Source: a virus (Duplodnaviria > Caudoviricetes). Taken from it: a stretch of DNA of 64,000 nucleotides. Positions 37,269-47,687 of the stretch are shown piece by piece. The notes under the pieces were generated by a model that was given only the letters and a program-made list of their open reading frames with translations, was not told the DNA's origin and did not search any database. The DNA lies in IMG/VR virus record IMGVR_UViG_3300033066_001190, positions 1 through 64,000 of that record; one strand, 5' to 3'. The translations under genes were made by a program, and so were the position numbers. Numbering within the stretch: position 1 is the first letter of the stretch; each line of letters begins with the position of its first letter.

Positions 37269-38243
37269 ATGGTATTAGATTTAACAAAAACGTACAAAGT
37301 AGAACCTAAGATTTCTCTAGGTGATGCTCAAGGATTAGATAAATTTGATTTATCTCGACACGTAGGAACTCTTAAACAAATCAGTGTACATTACGACACC
37401 TTAACAGGTAAGTTTAAAACTGGTTTAGATGAAAATGCTCCTGAAGTATTAGCACTACCTAAAGAAGAAAGGGAACAAAAGATTGATTGGATTAAAGCTA
37501 CTCGATCTTCACTTGAACAAAAAATTGGTAGACCTGGTATTTTAGATCCTACTAACGAAGATTTTTGGTCTGTGTGGTCAGTAAATTTAGAAATTGGTCA
37601 AGATAAACATGTTAAAGTTTTTGGACAGCACCCCTACTTTATTCCAGAAACACATTGGTCACATGCTTTAGCTCTTATTACTCTACAAGCAAATGATGCT
37701 TTACCAATGAGTAAGAAAGAAGCAAATAACCCAAAATATAAAGATGCTCAATTCTATATTACTACTCCAGAAGAGGAAGTAACAATGAGCAAAGAAAAGG
37801 TTAGGGAAAATCGTGCAAGGAACACAGAAATGTCTAAATTGTTTGATGATACTAATCCTCTATATGAAAGGGCTTTGCGAATTGCATACTTACTAAATGT
37901 TCAAAAAGAACCTGTAGGCTTAGAGAAGCTGGAAGAAGTTTTAGAAATGTTCTCTTCTCAGAAAGAATATATTAAACGATTCTTAGAGCTTTGTAAAATG
38001 GAAGATCAAGAATTAGAACTTCGTACCACTCTTAAAAAAGCTATCGAACTTGATGTTATCAGTTTTAATGCTGCTGATAAAGTTTATTACCGAGGAGGTT
38101 TTAACATGAGGGGAACTGAAGAAGCTGTAGTAAACATGTTTAAAGTTAATTTAGCTGATCCAGTGATTGCAAGGGAATATGTCGAAATTAAAGATGCTGT
38201 AAATAAACGGGAATCTAAGAAAAAGAAGAAAACCATTGCGTAA
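37269..38243 (+). CDS. Conserved virion-morphogenesis protein downstream of MCP
   Basis: TGLDE...LE...LDPTNEDFW; synteny. Confidence 0.6.
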   Translation: MVLDLTKTYKVEPKISLGDAQGLDKFDLSRHVGTLKQISVHYDTLTGKFKTGLDENAPEVLALPKEEREQKIDWIKATRSSLEQKIGRPGILDPTNEDFWSVWSVNLEIGQDKHVKVFGQHPYFIPETHWSHALALITLQANDALPMSKKEANNPKYKDAQFYITTPEEEVTMSKEKVRENRARNTEMSKLFDDTNPLYERALRIAYLLNVQKEPVGLEKLEEVLEMFSSQKEYIKRFLELCKMEDQELELRTTLKKAIELDVISFNAADKVYYRGGFNMRGTEEAVVNMFKVNLADPVIAREYVEIKDAVNKRESKKKKKTIA

Positions 38244-38248
38244 TATGA

Positions 38249-38917
38249 TTGTCAATGAAACCAGAGTTAGTTTATTTAAAGTTTCTTCAAAAAGTAAACA
38301 AAGGGAATTCCCAGTTTAATATAACTTGCGATAGAGCAAGGTTTGTTCTTATAATTAATGAGTGTAAAAATAGGTGGGTTGAAAAACACATCAAATCCAA
38401 AGATTCTATTCTTATTGAGTCTTTACAAGAAATTGTAAAAACAGTAGAATACAATCAAGGGACAGATAAAGGAGATTACATAGAGTATGTTCTTAATGAA
38501 GATTTCTATGAATCCATATCTGCAAAGTGTGAAGCAAAAAAAGGTGAATGTAAAGGAGTAGTGTACTCTAGGGAATTAAAAAACCAAAATAAGAACATTT
38601 ACCAATTTGATGAAAATCTCAAACCTGATTTTGATTTTGAATGGAGTTTTCATTCAATTCAAGCCAACACTCTGAGAATATATAAAACCGATTTCTCAAT
38701 ATTGTTGACAACATTTTCTTACTATAAGGTTTTAGAAGAATTTGACATAGAAGGTTATATAAACATTGATAACCAACCTTCACAAAATAAAGAATTCATA
38801 CTTTCTGATCAATATGTAGATCAAATAATCAACATGGCAGCAGAAGAATTTATGAGAGACTATGAAAATCAAAACGGATTATTAATAGCAAAAGACAGAA
38901 CTCAGAATCAAGAATAA
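38249..38917 (+). CDS. Putative head-tail ring/adaptor protein
   Basis: Helical termini (FLQKVNK...QIINMAAE) around a beta core; synteny. Confidence 0.55.
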   Translation: MSMKPELVYLKFLQKVNKGNSQFNITCDRARFVLIINECKNRWVEKHIKSKDSILIESLQEIVKTVEYNQGTDKGDYIEYVLNEDFYESISAKCEAKKGECKGVVYSRELKNQNKNIYQFDENLKPDFDFEWSFHSIQANTLRIYKTDFSILLTTFSYYKVLEEFDIEGYINIDNQPSQNKEFILSDQYVDQIINMAAEEFMRDYENQNGLLIAKDRTQNQE

Positions 38918-38944
38918 AAAACACAAAAAAATAAGTAAATAGAT

Positions 38945-40897
38945 ATGGCAGCAAATAGCTACAGAAACGTATTCCTTACCAATTTAGAAACAATTCCTTC
39001 TAGCGGTACTACCTTAGATTTGGGTATTGGTCAATTAGGTATTGTAAATGTAAGAACTAACGCACTTACAGCAACTCCAAATTTTCCAGCAGTTAGGAGT
39101 ATTCAGATTGTTCAAGGAACTTCTGATAAAAAACTTCCAAAAGGTTTCCAACAAGGTAATCAAACCTTTAGGACTCCTGAAATTCCTGCAAGTCCCAATA
39201 TTGAATTTTATGCTTTGAAAGCTCAAAAGCTTCAAAACATGATTGTTACATTGGGATATGATGGAGCAGATGCTACTAAAACAATGACTCCTCGTAAAGG
39301 AAAAGATGTACGTTTGTTCATCACTCTTACAGGTCAACCAATTGCTAACCTAGTAGCTAATACAGGAAATCACCCAGCAGCAATCACCGAAACCTTTGAT
39401 TTAATTTTACCTTGTACAGATGAATGTGCAGACACTTGTGGTGACACTGTAGACTGTAATGCTGTAGCAGATGCTATTATCAAACAAGTGTCAGAGCGTA
39501 AAACAATTGGCTCTATTAACTTGGTAGATGGCGTAAATGGAGAACCTGGATTCTTGCGATTGACTAAATTGGTTGATTGTGACACTCCTTCTGGTTTACC
39601 AACCACTGCTTGTCAAAAATGGGAATTGTTAATTGCTGATGCAGGAGATCAAGTTGCTCTTGGTACTGTACAAGCTCAATATCCAGGAAAAACAATTACT
39701 CGCACTAAACGTGATGGAATTTATTCAACATATGAACTATCTCTTTGTGATAACTCCACTCCTAGTGATTTTGTTGATAATGCTCCTGTAGTAATTCCAA
39801 ATTGTACTGAATGCCCTAGCGGATACACTTTAGTTAATGAGTTAAATGTTTACACTGCAACTAAAGCAGGTAATCAAGTAGCAACAGCAGCTAGTGGTGC
39901 AACAGGATATGTTTCAGGTTCTGGTAAGATTTTGGTAGCATTCGATGGTGTAAAAACTGTTCTTCAGTTTTACTCTACTAGCTCAAGTTTAGCAACTGTA
40001 GCAGCTTCTATTCCAACTTTCGGTGTAACAGCAGAAGGTACTGTACAATCAGTTTGTACACCTGATGCAAGTGTAACCACTGCATGGACTGAAGGAGATG
40101 CTTGTGCTAAAGCTCAAAAAGTATATCAAATCACTCTTAAAGATGACATTTGTGGTACTTCTCAATTAGCAGCTTTGCAAGCAATCTATGGATCTGGTGT
40201 ATCAATCTTCTCTACAAATGCTGACACTTGTACTCGTGTATATCATCTGACTGTAGATTCTGAACAAGAATGTGTAAACTGTGCTGATGTAGATACTCAA
40301 TACTTTACCTTTAAAAAGCCTGTAAACTTTGGAACAGCTATCTGGACTGAAGTAGCTGGACAAGATTCAGTGTATGGAACAGGTTGTGTTTGTGGTATTC
40401 GTTTTGAAAGTGCATATGTAGCTCGTGAAAGGAAAGAATGCTTCTTCCAAGAAGTGTCCGCTGAAATCGAACCATTGTTTATCTATGTTTCAACAACTAA
40501 CCCTGATTTCAGAGATTACTCTACCTTGTGCAATGAAGATGAAATCTTCCCTGTTACATTGATTCAAAATGCTCAATATCGTCAAGGTTGGGGATCTGTA
40601 GTAGCTGAACAAGTTAAATTGAGTCGTGCTTACTTTAACGAACCTTGGTTCACTGATCCAGCTACACGTGATGCAGTGGGATATGAGTTAGGTGTTGATT
40701 TGCAAGGATATTACGATCAATACACATTAAAATGGAAAACCCCTATTGCAGGTGCAGGTGGAGTGAGTGGATTTGGATTCAGCCAATTTGAAGAGTATGA
40801 ATGGACAATTTATACAGCTCAAGGCGAAGGTACTCAATTTGCAAATGCTTTAAATTCTTGGTTGATTTCTGTAGGAGCAGCTCCTGCTTCAATCTAA
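38945..40897 (+). CDS. Major structural / auxiliary capsid protein, Cys-rich
   Basis: 650 aa, high-expression codons, about 19 Cys, followed by a terminator; synteny. Confidence 0.65.
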   Translation: MAANSYRNVFLTNLETIPSSGTTLDLGIGQLGIVNVRTNALTATPNFPAVRSIQIVQGTSDKKLPKGFQQGNQTFRTPEIPASPNIEFYALKAQKLQNMIVTLGYDGADATKTMTPRKGKDVRLFITLTGQPIANLVANTGNHPAAITETFDLILPCTDECADTCGDTVDCNAVADAIIKQVSERKTIGSINLVDGVNGEPGFLRLTKLVDCDTPSGLPTTACQKWELLIADAGDQVALGTVQAQYPGKTITRTKRDGIYSTYELSLCDNSTPSDFVDNAPVVIPNCTECPSGYTLVNELNVYTATKAGNQVATAASGATGYVSGSGKILVAFDGVKTVLQFYSTSSSLATVAASIPTFGVTAEGTVQSVCTPDASVTTAWTEGDACAKAQKVYQITLKDDICGTSQLAALQAIYGSGVSIFSTNADTCTRVYHLTVDSEQECVNCADVDTQYFTFKKPVNFGTAIWTEVAGQDSVYGTGCVCGIRFESAYVARERKECFFQEVSAEIEPLFIYVSTTNPDFRDYSTLCNEDEIFPVTLIQNAQYRQGWGSVVAEQVKLSRAYFNEPWFTDPATRDAVGYELGVDLQGYYDQYTLKWKTPIAGAGGVSGFGFSQFEEYEWTIYTAQGEGTQFANALNSWLISVGAAPASI

Positions 40898-40920
40898 GAA
40901 AAACAATATTAAATTACCCT

Positions 40921-40958
40921 AAAGTGGGAGGGATTCAAAACTCCCTTCCACTTTTTTT
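40921..40958 (+). terminator. Intrinsic terminator
   Basis: AAAGTGGGAGGGA...TCCCTTCCACTTT followed by T residues. Confidence 0.85.
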
Positions 40959-40984
40959 ATTTTATAGAAAAACTAAAACATAAA

Positions 40985-41419
40985 ATGGCATTTATCAAAC
41001 AACCTTCAAACCTAAGTAACGCTATTCTTAACTTTGTTAAGCATCTTGTATCTAAAGCTGTATATGAAGATATTAAGGCTCTTTTAAATCCTTGTTGTAT
41101 TCCAACATTGGAAATTGCTTCTGACTACACTTGTGTAAGCCCTAGTTATACTAGATTTAATGATGTAACTGTTACAGGAGATTATAAGAACAAAACAGCC
41201 ATATTGCTTTTTACAATTACTGAATCTGATGGCACTGTACAAACTTCAACAGTTGTCGCTACATTTGATGAAAATGGTTTATGGAATGGTTCTTTTACTA
41301 TGTTAGATTATTTTAATGATGGAATTGCTGACATTACAGTTAGTGTATTGGTAAATGGATCACGAGTTGTAGAAACTTCTAAAAATGTTCATTTAACAGG
41401 TATACCAAGTTGTGACTAA
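40985..41419 (+). CDS. Putative virion protein (Ig-like C-terminus)
   Basis: LLNPCC followed by a beta-rich domain. Confidence 0.55.
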   Translation: MAFIKQPSNLSNAILNFVKHLVSKAVYEDIKALLNPCCIPTLEIASDYTCVSPSYTRFNDVTVTGDYKNKTAILLFTITESDGTVQTSTVVATFDENGLWNGSFTMLDYFNDGIADITVSVLVNGSRVVETSKNVHLTGIPSCD

Positions 41420-41529
41420 TGGGCTGTAATTCTAAAAAATGTAAACAATGTGGTAAATCTAAACCAGCTTGCCAATTGGTAAATGGTTTATGTTCTACAT
41501 GTATAAGTTTAAATAGCAAGAAACATTAA
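41419..41529 (+). CDS. 36-aa Zn-finger-like peptide (not in the ORF track)
   Basis: MGCNSKKCKQCGKSKPACQLVNGLCSTCISLNSKKH; TAATG coupling at both ends. Confidence 0.7.
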   Translation: MGCNSKKCKQCGKSKPACQLVNGLCSTCISLNSKKH

Positions 41530-42071
41530 TGAGCTTTATAAATAATAACCTTTCTTTTAATATTCTTGAAACTAATGAGTGCAAGACTTTAGGTATATTA
41601 GATACAAGCTCATATAGAACTCCTAATGATGTTTCAGGGCTTGTATTACAGATATTACCTCCTAATGGGTTAGATCTTGTAGAAACTAATTACAATCAAA
41701 GTACTGTAACAATTATAAACAGCAACACTTTAAAAATAACAAAAGTAGCTGATCCTAAATATTTACAGGAGTTACCCGATGGGTTGTACACTGCTAAAAT
41801 AAGCATCTGTCCCTATGAAACCAATTGGACTGAAAAAAAATGGTATAGAGTTTGCCAATTACAATGTAAATTTAGTAAAGCTTTTCTCAAGGCTAAGATA
41901 AATGAATGTTCTTCTTGTTTAGATTTAAACATTTCAAAAAAATTAGAATCTGCTTGGGAATATATAATTGGTGTAGAAACGAATGTAACAGCTTGTAACT
42001 TTCCAGAAGCAGCTAGATGTTATGAAAAAGCAAATAAAATAATTGATAAAATTTTAGACTGTGGGTGCTAA
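41529..42071 (+). CDS. Putative virion (tail-hub/ring) protein
   Basis: LPDGLY...A..CYEKA..I...CGC; synteny. Confidence 0.55.
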   Translation: MSFINNNLSFNILETNECKTLGILDTSSYRTPNDVSGLVLQILPPNGLDLVETNYNQSTVTIINSNTLKITKVADPKYLQELPDGLYTAKISICPYETNWTEKKWYRVCQLQCKFSKAFLKAKINECSSCLDLNISKKLESAWEYIIGVETNVTACNFPEAARCYEKANKIIDKILDCGC

Positions 42072-42339
42072 TTTAACTGCTTGTGATGATTGTGGTGCTT
42101 ACGATTTGGATTTTATCGAAAATCTCCAAACTACGCTCTCACAAAAAATGGCAGCAGAGATTAGTAAAAAAAGATTGAGCGAAGCCAATGATTTAGGTTT
42201 ATGCTTTAACCATACAACCTATTGGGAGCTTTATATGTGGAATAGCATATTGGAGCAAATAAAATATTGTAATTCTTGCTTTGCAGGATATGATATCGAA
42301 ACAATTGTTTCAAAAATAAAAAATACATTAAGTGAATAA
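42061..42339 (+). CDS. Cys-rich virion-module protein
   Basis: Coupled ORF with CxxC pairs. Confidence 0.55.
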   Translation: MGANLTACDDCGAYDLDFIENLQTTLSQKMAAEISKKRLSEANDLGLCFNHTTYWELYMWNSILEQIKYCNSCFAGYDIETIVSKIKNTLSE

Positions 42340-42913
42340 CTGCAATACATCTAGCAACGATTTTAATTACACTCCTTTTAAACATACCAGCGATGAAATC
42401 AAGTGGGTTGGAGAGTCTGTAGAATGTTTAAATGTTTGCAGAGGATCTTCTATCACTGTATTAGAACAAGCCATACTTAATAAACTTTGTATTCTAGTGG
42501 GAGAAACAAATATGTCTTCTGTAGATATACCTAGTTGTTTTATAACAGCTTGGATAAATAAAGACAAGACAATACTCTCTCTTTTTGAATTCCTTTTGGA
42601 TTTAGCTTGCGCACAACAAACAACGATAGATGGATTACCTACAACAAATAATCCTGTAATCACATTGGATTATAAATGTTGTGAAGATAATCCTTGTATT
42701 CAAACCGTTGCTGTAACAGTTTCCACACACTTACAACAAATATTAGATTGTATTTGTGCTTTAAATGCTAGAGTGGTAGAGCTTGAATCTCAAGTTTCTA
42801 CATTTGCTACACAAAGTTCAGTGACAGCTTTAAGTCAACAAATTCAATGTTTGAAAACTTCCATAAATTTATGGAATCAATCAACAGATAACCCTATAAC
42901 AATCAATTGCTAA
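42332..42913 (+). CDS. Cys-rich fibre/adaptor protein
   Basis: About 13 Cys; shared N-terminal module; coiled coil. Confidence 0.6.
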   Translation: MNNCNTSSNDFNYTPFKHTSDEIKWVGESVECLNVCRGSSITVLEQAILNKLCILVGETNMSSVDIPSCFITAWINKDKTILSLFEFLLDLACAQQTTIDGLPTTNNPVITLDYKCCEDNPCIQTVAVTVSTHLQQILDCICALNARVVELESQVSTFATQSSVTALSQQIQCLKTSINLWNQSTDNPITINC

Positions 42914-43656
42914 TGAGTTGCACAGATTGCAGAGATAGTATTTTAAATAACCAAGGTAGTATTATAGCTACACCAGCGTGTCAAGATAATTGTCCTGAAG
43001 AAGTTGATTGTGCAGGTATTAGCACCTATTCTAAATGTGTTATGGTTGGTATTGCATTAGAATGCATTGACACTCAACCTAATACGCCTTTGGATACAGT
43101 ATTAGCATTACTAGATAATAAAGCTTGTCAGGCGTATACAGATACATATAAAGTAAAAGTAGATGTAGATGACACATGTCCAGGATTTTTAGATGATAAA
43201 ATTGAATCTGATTCTTTTGTTATAGATATTTCTGATAATTCAGGTTGTAAAAAAATTACAATAAATGAAAAGAGATGGGCAGATCTTTATGAAGATTTCC
43301 CAACTTTAAGTTCTCCTTGGGAAGAAGCAACAGGAACTGTAGCCTCATTACAATATGCTATCAGAAACGATGAAGTAAGATTTAAAGGAGCTATCACAAT
43401 TCCCACAATTGGTAATGAATATCCTTCTGGAGGTTATGTAAATATTGCAACTCTTCCAGCAGAAGCTTGTCCAACAGAACCAAGAATATTTTTTCAAACA
43501 TTTGGTAAAAGCGCACCTCCTGCAAATGCTCCTGTACAATGGACATTGATTATTAATACTGATGGTAGTATTGATATTATAACTAATACTTTATCTCCAG
43601 GAGATACTTTTGGAAGTATAGTTTTTTATTTAGACATTGTTAATTACACCTTATAA
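42907..43656 (+). CDS. Fibre protein with Cys-rich N-terminus
   Basis: VKVDVDDTCPGFLDDKI; C-terminal V..KG.I...IATLP...P...IINTDGSI fibre-tip pattern. Confidence 0.65.
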   Translation: MLMSCTDCRDSILNNQGSIIATPACQDNCPEEVDCAGISTYSKCVMVGIALECIDTQPNTPLDTVLALLDNKACQAYTDTYKVKVDVDDTCPGFLDDKIESDSFVIDISDNSGCKKITINEKRWADLYEDFPTLSSPWEEATGTVASLQYAIRNDEVRFKGAITIPTIGNEYPSGGYVNIATLPAEACPTEPRIFFQTFGKSAPPANAPVQWTLIINTDGSIDIITNTLSPGDTFGSIVFYLDIVNYTL

Positions 43657-44636
43657 TGAGTTGCCCAGAAACCCCAGATAATTGCGGATGCTTATATCCT
43701 TCTAATACAAATTGTGTTGTACTAAAAGGTATTAATACAAACTGCCTATCGTTGGAAAATGGTACACCCCTATCTGATGCACTTAATACTATATTGAGTT
43801 CTGTTTGTGATTCAGTTCCACCTTCAGGGGTAAATCTAGTAGAATTGAGTCAAGGTAATGGAATTGTTATTACAGAAAATGTTGTAGGTGACACTAGAAT
43901 TTATACAATTGGTGTTAGTTCCTCTCTGATTAATCAGATAAATAACAATAGTTCTAAAATAACTACCCTTCAAGGATGTGTGCAGAATTCAGTTTTAAAC
44001 ATTACTTCTGATACATTAACTGTTACACAAACAGCAGCTACAGCATGTGGAAGAACTTTAAATCTTGAAATTGCTGTACCAACAGGAATTAGCTTGGATG
44101 GAATTATCGAGAATGATTTAACTAAACATGGGGCAAATGGTTCTAGTTTAAACCAAGTTCTTAAAAATTTTAGTTATGATTTATCATCAGCAAAATCTGG
44201 AGATCAAGTAAAGTTACAAATAGTTGGTCAAGTAGGTCGCCCTGAAGGAGGTTTACCAGATAACATCACCATAAATCTTTATGACAAAACAGGAAGTTCT
44301 ATTGTTTTTACATTTGAAGATAATTTGTTTATAAGTAGCTCACCTGCACAAAAGTATGGATTTAATGTAGAAATCATTATAGATTTAGAAACAGATATAA
44401 CAAATGGTGAAGCCGATGTTGTTATAAATGCAATATGGAATAGAAATGCTGAATCTAATGGAACTGAAGATGCTTCAGGTAATATACCTCAAGTTCGTTC
44501 AATATTCAATAAATCTGTAAGTAATTTAGGATTTACAAACTTTGTAACAAAGGTTTTAACAAGCAATTATTCAACTTTGGGTTCAAGCTACACTTTCTTA
44601 AAGAAATTTACAGCAGAGGTTCGTAAAAAAATATAA
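43656..44636 (+). CDS. Fibre protein with Cys-rich N-terminus
   Basis: Shared N-terminal module; GNGIVIT; beta-rich C-terminus. Confidence 0.6.
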   Translation: MSCPETPDNCGCLYPSNTNCVVLKGINTNCLSLENGTPLSDALNTILSSVCDSVPPSGVNLVELSQGNGIVITENVVGDTRIYTIGVSSSLINQINNNSSKITTLQGCVQNSVLNITSDTLTVTQTAATACGRTLNLEIAVPTGISLDGIIENDLTKHGANGSSLNQVLKNFSYDLSSAKSGDQVKLQIVGQVGRPEGGLPDNITINLYDKTGSSIVFTFEDNLFISSSPAQKYGFNVEIIIDLETDITNGEADVVINAIWNRNAESNGTEDASGNIPQVRSIFNKSVSNLGFTNFVTKVLTSNYSTLGSSYTFLKKFTAEVRKKI

Positions 44637-44637
44637 A

Positions 44638-45552
44638 ATGGCTCTATTAGAAACAGCTTCTATTATAACTTTAGATGGTACAGGTACAGAAATACCTACA
44701 ATAGTTCTTACGGATCCTTGTAGCTTTTATGTACTTCAAGGTTCTGTTACAACAACAGGTAATTATGCAATTGTTCCAACAGGTACTCCAATTGTAGGAT
44801 ATAAGGTTGAATTTTATATAGATGGGGTTATTGACATCACTACAAATAGTAAAACATTTAGTATTTTTGGTAAGACTTTAACACAATTACAGCTTTCAAG
44901 TCCTCAGAAAATAGAATGTAGGTATTTAGGTTCAAGTTGGTTTGTGCATATTATTCCTTCATTTGGATCAAGTGCAATTATTTCTCAAGCTAATTTAGGA
45001 GCAAATTCAGTTCCTGCATCAGCTATACCTAATGACAGTATTACAGATGCTAAGTTAGCTACAATGACAGCAGCTTCATTAAAATATGGAAATGCATCAG
45101 GAGATCCAGGAAATTTAGCAATTGGTAATAACCAAATTCCAATAGGAAATGGTACAACTATCACCACAACTACAGTTAGTTCTTTGTATGGATCAATGAT
45201 TTCTGGTAAATACTTCGTCATCTATGGTGATATTTCATGGACATCTGGAGAACAAAATAAGAGTTATTACTATTTGCCAGCAGGAAATAGTTATTCTTTA
45301 CAACAAATATTGTTTAGAAGCTATTCTGACATGTCTTCAGGAGGTTCTGCGGAATTAGAAGTGTTTAATAGTGGAACTTCTATATATGCAAATACAGCAG
45401 TTTTTGGTTCTGCTGCTGCTGCTGGAGCTTCAAATGCTTTTACATTTAGTCCTGTTGAACCTTTTTCAGCAGGAGATACTTTGGAATTACTCCCTTCAAA
45501 ATCAACCCCAGGAGGAAAAGCTAAATTTACAGCTTTATTCCTCATAGTATAA
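44638..45552 (+). CDS. Putative fibre/virion protein
   Basis: ANSV.ASAI..DSITDAKLA fibre repeats; S/T/G-rich. Confidence 0.6.
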   Translation: MALLETASIITLDGTGTEIPTIVLTDPCSFYVLQGSVTTTGNYAIVPTGTPIVGYKVEFYIDGVIDITTNSKTFSIFGKTLTQLQLSSPQKIECRYLGSSWFVHIIPSFGSSAIISQANLGANSVPASAIPNDSITDAKLATMTAASLKYGNASGDPGNLAIGNNQIPIGNGTTITTTTVSSLYGSMISGKYFVIYGDISWTSGEQNKSYYYLPAGNSYSLQQILFRSYSDMSSGGSAELEVFNSGTSIYANTAVFGSAAAAGASNAFTFSPVEPFSAGDTLELLPSKSTPGGKAKFTALFLIV

Positions 45553-45598
45553 AATAAACGTTGCTGTTCTTTTTGTTGCTTTAAAGAAGCATGTTTTT

Positions 45599-45624
45599 AG
45601 GGAGGGGAAACCCTCTCTTTTTTT
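45599..45624 (+). terminator. Intrinsic terminator
   Basis: AGGGAGGG-GAAA-CCCTCTCT followed by a T run. Confidence 0.85.
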
Positions 45625-45646
45625 GACAATTTTCAACCTTATATAA

Positions 45647-47119
45647 ATGACAAATTACGAAATCGAACAAAGGATTAGACAAATAGAGAGATCTCTACAA
45701 TGTAAACAATCCTGTAGTTCTTCTGGAAGATTTGCAGCTAGGTCTATAGATTATAGCACATTACTTAAACAATATCAAGAAGCTAAACTTAGTCCTGGGT
45801 GGTATTTAATAGAAGACTATCAAACCATTTGCAAAGTACAATTTACAGATAGTAGTCATGATGGATCAGGAGGTGATGAAATATTAAATACTGAAATAGG
45901 TAATTGGACACCTCTTGTAGAACCTCTTTATATCAGAGCTATTACGGAAGACACATTTGATCCCAATGTAGTAAGTGCATTATACCCAAGTCATAGTATT
46001 TTATATGATATTGATAATAGCATTGCCGAATATTATGAATATGACGGAATTAATCATAAAGGAGTTATTTATCACAGGTTGAGTCCAAAAGGGCAACACA
46101 GACAATATGATTTTATGTCTGTTGTCTTTCGTAGATGGGTAGATTCACTAGGAAGGTATGTAGAAGTAAAACCTACAGTGGATGTAAATGACTATCAGGA
46201 TTATTTGTGTAATTTTGTAGGAGCAGAAATAACTGTAGAACAATGTTTCAGCTCTTCTGCCCAATCTGAATTCAATACACAATATGGATTAGACAATACG
46301 GTGATTCAAGCCAAGGGTCTTGTTGTTTTTAATTTGGAAATTGCAGCCAATGCCACTACAGGAACTTATTCATTTTCTGGTTATTTTTCAGACCAACTTA
46401 GATTACTTGTTCAATATAATCCTACAGATTTTACATGTTATGTACCTGGAGTTGCTACAGTTTCTTCAATTGATGTAGTTAATAAAACCATAACTTTTGC
46501 TACAGCCCCCACTACAAGTGATTACAACAGTTATTGTGTAATAAGGGGTACTGATGCAGCCAATGGTTCTACAATTCAATATGCTTACGGTAATACGTTT
46601 GGAGGAAGTTTTAATGAAATACACAGTGAGTTTATACATAATACAATAGTGTATGGAGAAACTGGAGCTGTACATGCTGTAAGAGTTGGGGGAATAAGGG
46701 TGCAAAGTTTGGCTAGATTAATTGGAGCAGGAAGAGTAAGTAATTCTTTTTTTGGTAACCCTTTATGTACAGCAGGTACAGTGGCTAATCTATCGGCTTT
46801 TGTTTTTCTTGATAATTTCTTTTTGGGAGATGGTGATTTTACAGATAATATATTTCAAAAAGCAGCAAACTTAACAGTAGATGACAATAATTCAATAACT
46901 CATTCCACATGGCATACTTTAGAAACTATATTGTTTAATGGTAATGTTGCAAGTCACGAATTTAATAACAGTGTTGCCAATAAAACAATAGCCAATGTAG
47001 CAGATTTAAGCGATCCAACAAAAGAAACAAGTTCATTCATTGATTTGAATGATGGAAAACATTATTTGGTGGAATTTGTCGGAGGTGTATTATCTCAAGG
47101 AACTGTAATAACTAATTAA
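45647..47119 (+). CDS. Tail spike/fibre-like protein
   Basis: L.PG.YLI.DYQT...EPL...A...YP...I.YD...KG.I..R...YDF...FRRW module, then N-x-F beta-helix-like repeats. Confidence 0.65.
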   Translation: MTNYEIEQRIRQIERSLQCKQSCSSSGRFAARSIDYSTLLKQYQEAKLSPGWYLIEDYQTICKVQFTDSSHDGSGGDEILNTEIGNWTPLVEPLYIRAITEDTFDPNVVSALYPSHSILYDIDNSIAEYYEYDGINHKGVIYHRLSPKGQHRQYDFMSVVFRRWVDSLGRYVEVKPTVDVNDYQDYLCNFVGAEITVEQCFSSSAQSEFNTQYGLDNTVIQAKGLVVFNLEIAANATTGTYSFSGYFSDQLRLLVQYNPTDFTCYVPGVATVSSIDVVNKTITFATAPTTSDYNSYCVIRGTDAANGSTIQYAYGNTFGGSFNEIHSEFIHNTIVYGETGAVHAVRVGGIRVQSLARLIGAGRVSNSFFGNPLCTAGTVANLSAFVFLDNFFLGDGDFTDNIFQKAANLTVDDNNSITHSTWHTLETILFNGNVASHEFNNSVANKTIANVADLSDPTKETSSFIDLNDGKHYLVEFVGGVLSQGTVITN

Positions 47120-47130
47120 ACCTATACGTT

Positions 47131-47397
47131 ATGGCAGAAAGAATATTCAATTGGTTTGATTTAATTTTAAACTATTTTACAGAACATTTATCCCAAGATC
47201 AGGTGGAAAAAAGCATATCTTTCATCACAGGCGATTTAGCAGTTATGGCATTTTTATGGATACACTTAGATATAAGTGATTTTTTAGTCAAAATATGTGC
47301 TACTATTATATTAGGTATAGTGGGTGGAGCTGCGGGTTTATGTGGTAAGGATTTGTATAATTGGGTAAAAACAAAAGCTAAAAAGAAATGGCATTGA
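47131..47397 (+). CDS. Putative holin
   Basis: Two TM segments and a basic tail, upstream of the amidase. Confidence 0.55.
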   Translation: MAERIFNWFDLILNYFTEHLSQDQVEKSISFITGDLAVMAFLWIHLDISDFLVKICATIILGIVGGAAGLCGKDLYNWVKTKAKKKWH

Positions 47398-47687
47398 ATA
47401 TAGACAGGTTTAACTTCATACAGATGTTTAATAATAGCAAGGGTAAAACATCCTTGATGTTATTTTCATCATTTATTGGAGTTATCACTTCTTCTTTGAT
47501 ATTTACTTTATGCGGAGTTATAGCAGCATTTATGGTGATGTTTGAAGCCAAATCTACAGACATTTCTAATGTTCTAACATCATTAGCTATGCAGTCGGTA
47601 GGCTTATTTACAGTGTCAATAGGAGCATTAACAACTAGAAGATTTACAGACGATAAAACAATTACAAACGAAAATAAAGAAATATGA
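47388..47687 (+). CDS. Putative holin/membrane protein
   Basis: FNNSKGKTS followed by two TM segments. Confidence 0.55.
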   Translation: MALNIDRFNFIQMFNNSKGKTSLMLFSSFIGVITSSLIFTLCGVIAAFMVMFEAKSTDISNVLTSLAMQSVGLFTVSIGALTTRRFTDDKTITNENKEI

